DNA of 64,000 bases from Paramecium tetraurelia (Eukaryota), in NCBI GenBank assembly GCA_000165425.1, contig CT868021.1, positions 186,001-250,000 of the forward strand, in the 5' to 3' direction. The stretch's first letter is position 1; each line of letters starts with the position of its first letter. The position numbers were made by a program, and so were the translations under genes. Of this stretch, positions 38,940-51,300 are shown one piece after another. The notes beneath the pieces are model-generated. The model ran no database searches. It was not told the DNA's origin and saw only the letters and a program-made list of their open reading frames with translations.

Positions 38940-41273
38940 ATGAACTCAAAACAATAGCATATGACAGTATGTCCAGCTCTACTAAAGGGAGACGATTAGC
39001 CAGATGATTTCCCCCTTAAAGCTTAAAATAGTAATGTGCCCAAAATGGTGATTTAGAAAAAGATTATGGCTTAACCAAATAATGAAATATTATATGAGAG
39101 ATTGAATTAGGAGGCGGAAATTTTTAAATAGAATAATTAAATGTTAAAAGATTACTACGAATAAGAGGAATTGAGGCCTTGTTCATTTGCTCCTTAAACA
39201 TTAAATGACGGTTAGGAAAAAAGGTCACTTTATTAATTTTTATTTGATTAACAGAATCATGTTCTTAAAATAGAATAAAAATTAGAGTAAATCAAATAAA
39301 ATGATATGGATCGAGATTTATAGCATCCTTATCATCCAAAAACTAATGATTTTAATTTTTAATCTAGAGATGAGTCTATCCCTACTTATGAAAGATTGTA
39401 TAATTTAAACTAAAAGAAACCTTCTGAACCAAAAATGCAATAATCAGAATCAACAGTCGATTTCAAACCTGTTATTCAATAGAAATCCTCAAATATAGTT
39501 CGAAATTAGAAGGTTGAAGATATCCTTTATTAAGATGCACAAAGAAGATAATAAAAATAAAAGGAAACCTAAGATAAATAGAATGCACCTAAGGTAGTAA
39601 CAGTAAATGTTAAATATACTTCAAATAATAGTGAGAAAATAGTAGCTTAAAAGTTCATTCGAGAATTTGAGACAGTTATAGATTGGATCTTTGATTAAAC
39701 AGGACAAGAAAGACCTTCGAATGTCTCTTTTTCAATTGATTATTTGAAATTAGGGGAAATCCTTCAGAGATTAGATTTCCTTAATTAGTTGTAAGCTAAA
39801 GAAAATAATGAAAAAGCAGTTGAATATGAGAATTTAAGGTTGTCAGAGGAAAGAGCTTTGTTATGTGAAATATGGACGGTATTGAGAGGTGATGAATTAG
39901 GAGGAATTAGCAAAAGAAATCTTTGCTTGTTTTTATTGACTTTGATTGGAATTACAGATTTCAAAATCAAAGAATTGCCATCAGCTTAGAATGAAGAATT
40001 ACCAAATTATTAGAAATCAATTTAACCTCAATAACATAAGATTGTTACCGCCCATCAACCTAATGATAGACCTAAATTGGGAACTATTGACAAAGATGGA
40101 AATATCATATTCACATTTGAAGAGACAAAAAAGATATAAAAACAATTTGATATATTATATAGAAATAGATTAGGTTGTGAAGAACTCAAAAAATCCAATT
40201 GGAAAGATGAAAATCCTTATAAACCATAGATATTGCCTTAATCTAAACAACTAGCTAATTAGTTTAGAGAGAAATTGTTAGAGGAAACTGCTAATCTAAT
40301 TGACAATTAATTGATTAAAGTCAATATTCCTGAAAATGGTTAGATTACTCATGCTGATCTTTTAGTTTTATAGAAGAAAGCTGTGGAATATCATAAGGAA
40401 CAAAAGAAACAAGAAATATTGTAATAACAATTAGATAAATGTCCATTCAAGCCACAATTATTGAATAATTAAAATAATGAGGAGAGAAAAAGTTCATCAA
40501 AGAAATAAGAAAAATATCTATAACTATATTCATTAGCCAAACCAGCTACTTAGAAAAGAGATAGAACAACCGAAGAGATTGAATACGAGAAACAATTAGA
40601 AGAATGTACATTTTAACCTGGCTTATAATCCAAAAATAGCTAATAATAAAAATAGGATAATCATTATGTTAATAAGGATGTTGATAAGACTGTTCAAAGA
40701 ATGAAATAAGCAAGATAAAGAAGAGAGGAAGTATAAGGGATGTTAGAGAGAGGATATAAAAGTAATAAGGGTCCCTAAAATTAATAATAATAAGTTTAAT
40801 CAATTTCATAAAAAAAGGATAGTAGAAGTGAATCTTAAAATCAACTAAAATAGACATCTCAATCATCTAGATAGAAAAGTATGTAATCATAGGACTCTTA
40901 ATAAATGAATACTTTTCAATCTTAGAATTTCCATATGGACGAGACTTAGCCAAAAGAAGAATAAAGCATTGTTAGAACTGGTAGCTGTAATATATAAATA
41001 TGATTAATAGAATAAGATGAGAGAATACCATTGTTATTTGTTGATGTGAATTTGGGACCAAGTAAGACTGAAAGAATAGTTGTCTATGAAGGAGATTAAT
41101 CATGCGATTTAGCAGCTAGATTTGCTCATGAACATAGTAAAATAATAATTAATTTATTAGATTTGGATGAATTTATGTAAGAAAAATTAAAGGAATTGTT
41201 GGATTACTAAATAAGTGGATTATTAACAAAGATAGATGAAGAGGAAGGAGCATTAAGTGAAAATGATTAATGA
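38940..41273 (+). CDS. Hypothetical protein with repeated C-[TSP]-F-x-P motifs and a C-terminal LLFVDVNLG domain
   Basis: Repeats PCSFAP, FKPVI, KCPFKP, ECTFQP, YERLY. C-terminus IPLLFVDVNLGPSKTERIVVYEGD. TGA 41271-41273. Confidence 0.8.
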
Positions 41274-41293
41274 TATTTATATATATTTACTAA

Positions 41294-42168
41294 TCATGAT
41301 TAAATTTTCATTAAAAACTATCTGATTGGAGATATAATATGTAAATCAATCAAAAATTAGTTGTGTGTCATTCCTTCGAATAATTGTAAATGAGCAAATC
41401 CACTACACTTACTCATCAATTAAATAGAATGTTAATAAGATATCAATTTGTCGTTGATACCATGAATAAAAAGTGTAGGACAATGTACCTTATGCATTTT
41501 TTCAAGATTTCTAAAGCGTTCTTTGACTAGTTTAGATACCCAATTAAAACTATTTTCTTTTATAACATCACAGAGAGATGTAAATGGACTCAATAATACA
41601 AGCGCTCTTATTCTTTTGTATCTAATACTCATTTCAACAGCAATGCTGGTTCCTATGGATCTACCCATAATAATGATTTTAGATTCATGGACTTTAAGAT
41701 TATTAATGAGATGCTCAATCAATTGATAAGCATTTTTGATTATAGTATCACTAGATGATTGTCCATGATAAATTCCATATCCTGGATATTCCATACAGAT
41801 GGAGGCCATCTTAATAGTATTATTGTTTATACTTCCAATTCAGCAGCAAGTAAATACGCAAGAGATTTGCACATTCCGATGTCTTCTGCATTGGCATGAA
41901 AATAGACTATTATACCATTTCTAAGATTCTCTTCAAGCTATAAGAGAGTAACTATCCTTTTGGTTTATCTGTTCTGACTCATTTGTCTTGTTGACTCAGA
42001 TTGATTGAGTGTGACTTTGATAGTGCCATCATATGTTTTGAGTTCATTTTATTGAATAAGGGAACGACTACGATGATACTGAATTTCTTCTTCAATGTAA
42101 TAGAGACCAGAAAGAGTATAATCGTAACTAGGCTTAGGAGAGGGAAATATTAAATCGTTAAAATCCAT
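41294..42168 (-). CDS. ABHD17/ABHD13-like alpha/beta hydrolase
   Basis: IFPSPKPSY, YFHANAEDIG, EYPGYG, nucleophile GRSIG, IHGINDKLI, MTHN. Confidence 0.9.
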
Positions 42169-42183
42169 AATATATATTAAAAA

Positions 42184-43048
42184 TATCAATCAAAGACCAA
42201 TTCGGTCCTTGAGTGTATAATAGAGTGTATCTAATCTTAGTGATAGTAATACTTCATTTATAAAGTAGTAACTAAGTTGTATAATGAGTAGTCTATTTTT
42301 GAGTAAGTCAATTAATAGAATGTTTCAAAATATTCTGCAAATGTGAATTTATTGAATCTTGCTGTGGATCATCTAGAGAACTTTCAAAATATTAAAGGTT
42401 TATTAATAGTGGCAACTTACAATAATGAAAAAAAGGACTTTGAACTTATAAGGATAGCAACCAAACTGAGAAATTAGTAAAGAAGACATTTATTCTTCTT
42501 TATTATTCTCTGAGAATATTAAAAGGATCAATTCATCAATAAGAATTGATATTTATTAATATCATTTATGACAAACTAAATGAACATTTTTTAGAGAACA
42601 TCCAGATTGATAAAAAAGATAGGAAGTAAGTGGTCTAAAGGAATTTGATGGTGAGGATTTACGTAATGATTAAATTCATATCGTAAGAATATGATTCTCG
42701 CAGTAAATACAACAAAGAACAACAAAAATAATGGATCTTTGATTAGATCGAAGAAAATAAAATAGACAAGAATAAGAGAAGGCTCAAGAATATACTTATG
42801 CCCAATATACATTAGAGATAAATAGATTTAGAAGAATGCTCCAAGACAACTTTGCCTAAAGGAAAACAGAAATTGGAATTGCTACTAAATAAACGAATCT
42901 ATTATTGCTAAGATCTTATTTATACTTTAAATAATCTAAGGAGAAAAAGAACAAAGAGGAAGGAGAAAAACAAGAGAAATTAGCAGCAAAACGAGCTGAT
43001 AGGGATTTATTACTATAAAGAGGTCTTAAATAGTCTTATAATGGATGA
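42184..43048 (+). pseudogene. RIB43A-like (axonemal ribbon protein) pseudogene
   Basis: SGLKEFDGEDL|QYDSR..NKEQQKQWIFDQIEE and YAQYTLEINRFR..LQDNFAQRK...TNLLL.KEKK. No ATG, several frameshifts and TGA stops, and an intron relic lacking both splice dinucleotides. Confidence 0.65.
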
Positions 43049-43062
43049 TTATTATTAATATA

Positions 43063-44083
43063 TCAGGCGGTTGATCTTTGAAGGGAATTCAAGTATTCTA
43101 AGTCATCTCCTACAATTTCCATGATTTCTTATGCACTTTGAGAGGGGAACAATTCTATCAAAGTCTATGCTACTTCTGGTCTAATTCTCAACAATTCACA
43201 TAATTCTACAACTACTGGATTGGTGGATGTGTTTAAGTGTTATTATTCTTATTAAATTGATGAAATTTCTAAGGATTATGGGAAAGAAGTGTCAAGTTCC
43301 TTCTAGACCATCTCAGCTATTTATGCTCTTAAGGTATTTCCTTATGGTAAATCTGGTTTGTCACCCTTTATATTTAAATTATTAGATACAATAGCGGTCA
43401 CTATAATTGAAGGAGTCTATTCTGGTTTTCTAATTTTCAACATAGCATGTTGATGGTTTCCAAGATCTTCACATTTTTCACACAAGTCGAAGTCAATGCA
43501 AACGGCACACTATAATTTATAATTTGAAAAAATTACTTTGTATCTGATACCTTCAATGGGGAATATTTTACATCCATCACACATCACACCCTAGTGGACT
43601 ACTTTTTTAGATTCTTTGACATCCACCAAGGCTGTGCTGTTAATTGATTATGTTTCAATTTTATTTTAAACATCATTAACAGCAATTGATTGTTTAACCT
43701 ACTTAGTAATTTCAGGGATTAGTTCCATGACCTGTTAGCTGACTAATTATTTAATATGTTCTTTTCTGTATTCTCTTCTATTACATGTTATTTCTTTCTT
43801 AAATCCTCCCTCTTGAACTTGTTGTACATACCTTTAATTAGTAAATATATAAGTACAATGTGACTAATTTTGTATCAAATTAACATTCCCTAATGGTTTG
43901 TAAATCAGCATCGCATGTGACATCAATCATATCTCCATCAAAATCCTCATATTGAAGTGTGAACTAATTAGGGAGGTTAGTAAGTCTGATTGGAAGTCTT
44001 CTCACTATTTTCTAAATGGAGAGTTCAGCCAAAGGTCTTCTGAATGTCCATGATTACTCGTTACATTTAACTTAAAGCTACAT
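43063..44083 (-). CDS. PB1-ZZ protein with C-terminal UBA-like helices (p62/SQSTM1-NBR1-like)
   Basis: PB1 acidic motif YEDFDGDMIDVTCDADL and ZZ finger [44 protein letters not shown]. Confidence 0.85.
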
Positions 44084-44148
44084 TTTTTATTATAAAATAT
44101 TATTATTCTTTTATAATTAAATACTGGTGTGACTTATATAAATACAAA

Positions 44149-47100
44149 TCAAATTAAAACTTTATTATTAATTATTATTTGTATTTAATATTCTATTGGG
44201 AATGTATCCGTGCCTGATAATTTTATTTTTACTTATTAAAATTACTATTAAATATTAAAATAATTTACTTTGATAAAATATAATCTAACTCCCTTTTCAT
44301 CCTCAGGATCATTATAAGAAATAATCAACTCAAATTTGTTCTCTCCAATCTCCTCAACTGTGAATTTATAGGTATTCTTCAAATTCTTCAATTCAACTTT
44401 CTATAATATATATAACTTAAAATTTACTCTTTCTAAATTGTATTTTGGAATGATAACTTCAATTTATTGTCTATTAAGTGAGAGAATATATCCATCTACT
44501 TCAACTGGATTCGCCTTTAAGAGCAAAGCCAAGAATAACTAAAAATATATTTATTAGACATACTTAATCGCATTAATCACTAACTCTTCTAGCATTTAAT
44601 CTGCAGTCATTGCAATGTTACATTATAGCCTTTAATTTATCCCTAGTTTCTCCAGTTTTATCAATTTCTTATTATTCAAGAGCAATTTATAATCTTCGAT
44701 GTACCAAAATATCAGGATATCTTCTTATTGGGGATGTAAAATGTGTATATACATCAAAATCCAAGGCATAATGTCTCCATTCTGTTTCTGGAGTCTCATC
44801 AACAACAAAATATTGAGCTGCTTCCATCAATTTTAATAGACGGAACCCTAAAATCAATTTAATTTCCTCAGATTCAATTTCATTAACCTTATTCATAGTT
44901 AATTTCAAATTTCTAGATGTTGAAACATCCAAATTTTGAGCCATCTCCTCTAATCCACAAGCTTCTAATAATTTTCGATAATAATCTAGTTTTTCACTCT
45001 TAGGTGAAATGTGTTATCTAAGGACAGCTGTTTTGGTATCATATTCAATCAACTTCTTGCCAACAAATTAATTAGCCAATAACATCCATTCCTCTACCAT
45101 AAATTGAGCAAGCCCTCTCTTTTCCTCTGTATAGCCAGTTGGGAATAAATCAGAATTAAGAAGAAATCTTAATTTGCTTTTTTCAAAAGTTAACGATCCT
45201 TCCAATCTCTTCTCCCTTCTCTTTTATGCAATTGTATTTAACAACAGAACTTTATCTTTCAATACAATTTCATCGAATCCTTCAGCAACTTTATATCTTG
45301 CTTCACCTTAACTAAACTATTGAATTTCACCATCAATCAGTTAATTTACAATGTCATAACTTAATTATGCGCAACTTTTAATAACCGATTTTGCAGCTCT
45401 GAAACTATCCCATAACACTTCTCCTTCACTTGTCATCTTAAAGAATACAGAAAATGCTAATCTCTCAACATCTCTATTCAATGAACAAAGCTCTTCACAC
45501 AGAATTCTGGGTAACATAGGAATTACCTTATGAACTAAATAAACAGAAGTAGTTCTTAATATTGCTTCCTTATCTACTTCACTGTTTGGAAGGACGAAGT
45601 GAGAAACATCAGCAATATGTACTCCAATTTCATAAATACCATTTCCTAAATCATTAATACTTAACGCATCATCCAAATCTCTGGCAGTAACAGGATCTAT
45701 ACTACAAATATATTCCTTTCTTAAATCCATTCTGTTCTCTCTTTCCTTAGCTATGGAATTATGAGTAAATGCCTTCATTTCTTCTTTGCACTATTCAGAA
45801 AATTCATTGTCATAAACTGAATTCTCTGTTAATATAGCCTCGCATTCCACATCAATATTTCCTTGTACTCCTACTTCTTTAATCAATTCAACATATGGAT
45901 ATCGACTATTCTTGGCCCATGATATATATTTTGCTGAAAAGTATCTCTATGAAACATAATCCATGAATTTTTAAACAGGTTCTTAATTATCTAGTTCATA
46001 ATTAAAAGTAAGTAAATTCTTCACATTGAAAAATGGAATTCTTTTATTAACACACTTGAATGAGACATAATAATTCTATTCTATATATTTTATTAGTTCC
46101 TCTTTAGTTTTTATTTCCTTATCGATTGAATTTGTTTTTTTATTAAATTCTAACTTACCAATCATCTATCTGCTTTCTATTGGATTTTTTATCACTCCGA
46201 CAACCTTACCTACAAGTTGAGCTTTTTGCAATTATTAAAGTTTTGTTAATGGAACCTTCTTTTTAACAACATAGAGATCTGATACTTCTGAAATGTCATC
46301 CTCTTCTTCTTATTAGCTATCAACATCCTCCCAATCATCGTTATTTTCTTCTTTTTCAGATATCTCCTATTATATTTCCTTTTTTTATTCATTCTTTTTA
46401 TTCTTTAAAGGAATTTGTTAGGTTATCTCTTCTTCTTCATAATCATCCTCCGATTCTTTGTCTGTCTTTTATATTTTTGTAATTTTGAATGCAACAAGAG
46501 CTCCATGAAATGCTCTATTCGTATCGACGAAAACTATTATTTAGAATAATTAACTTACAATTAACATGGACTTTCTTCTTAAATATAGGACATTTAATAG
46601 TAGCCTTTTCCCTGGTAAATTCATTAGCTATGAAGATTCCTTCAAATATATCATTTTCAGCTTTTCCTTTTTCAATTTATTTTTCAGTCCAATATTCTTC
46701 AAAATCTTAATTCTTCTAATACTTTTTATTGTTTCTTCCTCCTTTCTAATTTCTATTGTTTTATTTGTTTCTTTTATCATTATTATCCTTTCTATCAAAT
46801 CCATGTTCATCATACTCTCTTCTTTAATAATTTTATTTTTTATTTTTCTCTTGTTTTTTATAATAATAATCATCATCAAATGAATTTTCCTCATCTAATC
46901 TATTGTAATCATCATCAAAATTATTATTTTTATAATGATTGAATCTTTTTTTATTAGTTTATTTATTCTAATCTGATTAGACTGACCTAATGTGTTTTTC
47001 CGCTCTTCTGTCTCTTCTCACTTATTTATAATGAATATATTCAGTTTGATGAGTATTACTTTTATTATTGTTATTTTTTTATTGATTTTGATTTTCTTAG

Positions 47101-47827
47101 TTATTATGATAATTTTCTGAGTTATTATTATTCCTATTTCTATTGTTATTATTATTCCTATTTCTATTTCCATTGTTATTATTATTAGTATTTTATCTAT
47201 TTTATTATTTATTCTTGTCATTTCTCTTTTCTTTTTCATTATGATTATCATTCACTTCTCTATTATCATTATTTTATTATCCTTCGATATAAGGATATAC
47301 AAATGGTTAATTATTATTATGAGACTGGTGTCTTTATGAATTATTATTCCCTTATTTTTCATTTTATGACTTTTCAGTGTGTTATTATTTATCTTATTAA
47401 CCTTAACCTTTTTGGTGTTATTATTTATTATTTTTCCCATCTTAAAAATTGTTACTTTTTTAATTTTTATCTCTTTAATCTCCTTATTCTTTTTATTCCC
47501 TTTAGTCATTTTATTTTTATTGCCTTTATTATTTACTTTGTTATTAATTTTCTTATTAATTATCTTATTATTTTTAAACATCTTATCGTAATTATCCATG
47601 AGCTTCGTTTTTATCTTTTACTTAATATGTGTATTTTTCATTTGCCTTCCCTTACTTATATTATTCCTTAGGAATATACTGGATATTGTTTTATTCACAA
47701 TATTCCTTTCTTAAACTTTCTTCTACTAGATGTCTATCTTTTTTCTAATAATTAGAGATACCAATACCTTAATTGCACCTTTCATATTCTACATCTTGTG
47801 TTTTACAAAATCGTCTTCGAAATTCAT
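44149..47827 (-). CDS. DIS3L2: DIS3L2-like RNase II/RNB 3'-5' exoribonuclease with long low-complexity N-terminus
   Basis: CSD FEEYW...NRAFHGALV, RNB catalytic SIDPVTARDLDDALS, HIADVSHFV, YTHFTSPIRRYPDILVHR. No PIN domain. Confidence 0.85.
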
Positions 47828-48359
47828 TTTATTATTTAATTAAAGAATTATTAAATTAATTGGCGAATATTTCTTAATGAAAAATTGCAAATTTTAAATC
47901 AATTAATTATTAATCAAATATTCAGAAATTTTGTGCGCATTTGATATTTCTTTAATAATTCAAAATCAAAATTTATGTAACTTAAACACAATTACATTAA
48001 TCAGAGATAGGTTAAGTTCGATCTACTTAAAATAACCAGACTATTCAATAATGAATTTTAAATTTTTTTTGCAATTGATTTAAAAAATAAAATATTTAAA
48101 AAGGAGATCATTAAATATCTAATTAAAATATGAGAAGCAAATCTGACAAGTAATAAACTAGCTCAATCAAGAAGGAATACGTTTACATTGATACTTAATA
48201 ATTTCATCTTTTAGTATTTACTTTGAAAATAAAAAGGAGGTATTTTTCAATTTTTAAATATAATTTTGATTTCAGGATCAATTATATTTATTTTAATGCA
48301 TATGATAATAATATATTAAGAAGATGAACAACAATTAACAATTTGTATATTATAGTATA

Positions 48360-51300
48360 TCATTGATGATGTTTATTTTTCTTAATTGATGGGCATTTGT
48401 CTGGCAAACCAATTTTGACCATCCTAATATTGGATAATTAGACAAGATATGATCCATCTGATTAAGGATCAAATGAATAAAGATTAAACTCGGCCGTAGT
48501 TGGAATGTAATTTTATTTTGTAAATTCTAATCTCATCTCATTTTAAATTTAACTATTCAATATAAATAAATGAATACCTTTTCAGAATTTAATGCTTAAT
48601 AACAAAGAGACCATCTTTGTCACTCTTTGTTTCAATTTTTAGATCTACATAGTCAACTCCATTCCATTACTTAAGTCTAATATTGACTCCTTCTAATCCT
48701 TTCCATTCTAATTTTGAGTTGCAATCGAATTCAGCAATAACAGCACCATTTATTATAGTAAATTGGTAATATTTAGTAAGTTGTGCTTTGAATTGTTCTG
48801 TCACCTGAGCTTAAGTGGTGATCTTCATAACATCACTATTAGGATTTATTTTGAATCTACTATTTGTTTATTAGAATTTGGCAGTTTCATGTGAAATAAG
48901 TAAACAATCAACATTAGAATTAGCATTCATGAGCATCTTCCATTTGAATTAATATGCTCCAGTAGAATCTGTATTTGTTTTAAGATCAATAGGTACTTTA
49001 TTTTCACCAAAAGCATCACATTACAAACTAACCAGAACATTGGATGGGAAAATTCCTCCCTCTGTTGTTATTTTACCATCTATTTCGCAAGGTACAAAAT
49101 CATCATAATACTATTTTGCAAATGTCATTTCAGATTTCTCATCATTTGTTTAAAAGGGTTATGTAACTTTATGATTTTGGCCGATAGCATCATTAAATGA
49201 TTCTGTCAATTGATATTTGGCACCAAATTGTAATTGATCATCTAAAATAGACCATTTACCATCTGATCCAGTTTTTGCTTCAAAATCTTTAGTAGCAGGA
49301 TCTGATGTTAGTTTGACATTCACACCTGATTGACCTTTACCCTTTGGTCCAATTATTTCTCCTCCAACTGTTAACTTTGTGTTAGTAGGCGCTAATTCAT
49401 ATTTAATTTTAACTGGGGGTATAGATATAGCTGGACCAGAACATGAAAATTGAATCTTATCTGATTTTACATCTTTGTATTTATCAGCTTTAACATCTAA
49501 TACAAAAGATTCATCTACGTTCTTATAACAAGGGGCCTATAAACTGAATTTTCCAGCAGCATCAGTTTTTCCAGTTATTTAAGTTTTTTCGGTTCCTTTA
49601 ACTGTAGGTTATAAGGATTCAACTGTCAAAGTAGATGTTGGAGGTGCTTTACCTGATGGATCGGTAATTGTCGAAGTAATGGTTGCTTACAGTATGATTC
49701 TATCCATTGTTGCATCATGTGTTAGAGTTTATACTTTATCAGCTTTAATCTGAATATTTGAGGATTTATATGGATTAAAGTCAGAATTAGTTATTTATAT
49801 AACAGCTGTGTATATCTAATCTTAGACTGCACCAAAACTTAAAGAATACTTGCCATTTAAATCTGACTTTGTTTACAAGTTTGATGCTAAAGGATCAGCA
49901 GGATTAAGAATTATTTCTATTTGAGCATTTTATACATTTTTGGTCACTCCACTACTATCTGTTAAAACACCAGAAACAGTAATCTGAACAGATTTTGTAG
50001 ATACTACAATAGGCTTTAGTTTAAGGTCTTTCTCTCCACAGGTAAATACTTATGGCGATAAGGCTGTTTTAGGATATACATCTGATTCCATATCCATCTT
50101 AAGAGTTGTTGAAACAGAATTGTAACATTAAAATGGCAATTAGAAATCTCCTTTTGGAGCAATAGCAAATTTATTATATAGCTAAGCATTAGTCATTTGG
50201 GGATCTGAACTTAAAATTTCAATTTTTGAATTAGGGATTGGTTTTTAATTCATATCCACCAATTATCCACTGATAGTACAATCTACAATAGATCTTATTA
50301 GAGTAATATCTTTTGAAATACTTTATTTATCTTCTTTACCAAGTAATTGCAATTTTTCATTAACAACATTAAATTAAGGTTATGCATCTATATTGATTGC
50401 AGCCTCATAAGTTATACCTCTTACAACTTCAACAATTAAAGAATATGTTCCATCGTTAATACTTTTACTAATAATAGGTTAACTAGAAATAGGGTCTGAT
50501 GGTTTCAATGTTAATGTTATTTTTAATCCGGGTAATTTATCTTCCACTTTTGAATTATCTATTAATTTCCCTGATATAGTAAATATCGTAGTAATTAATT
50601 TAGCTTTTATCGAAATTCCTTAAACTTAAAACTTTGGAGCCACTAATTCAACTTTTTATGTAGTTTCTTATAGAGAATCTTTTGTTTTTAGTGTGCATTC
50701 TATTTTATCATCATGTTTAGCCAATATTTGTAAAGGAATATCGAAATTTCCATTGTTATCAGTTGAGAAATCTTGATTAATTTCAACTCCTTTAGCATCT
50801 TTAAATTTGGGACATGTTAAATTGATTTTGACTGGTGAACTTAAAGTTCCTTTTTCTAAATCAATCTTTCCTTATATTTTGGCATTCACAATAGCTTAAT
50901 AATTTATATCTGGAATTTGAACTTTTTAGTTGTCACTTTAAATTGTGAACTTTTATTCTATTTTTTACTGTTATTTATTGATGTCTAAATAAGTGATTAT
51001 GGCTTTGTAATCTGTATTTGGATAGATCTTAGAATCAGTTACAGTCCATGTTCCATCTGTTAAAGTCTTAGTTTCTACAGTTGCACTTTCTGGATCTGTT
51101 GTGAGACTCATAGCTAAATTAGGTACTCCATTTCCAGAAGGATCAATCACTTTACCTGAAAGAATGGCTTTAATTTGTATTTTCTCCAAAGTTAAAGTAA
51201 TAGGACTTAGTTCTGTTAGAGCTTAAGAACATTTGAATTTGGAACTCTTGATGTTTTATTGAACATACTGAGGTACATCTATCTATAAATCAACTACATA

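Noticed and set aside
9308..47827. Functional clustering of proteostasis, RNA-decay or lipid genes as an operon-like system
   Set aside because: The genes are interspersed with unrelated ones on both strands, and there is no evidence beyond chance in a gene-dense eukaryote.
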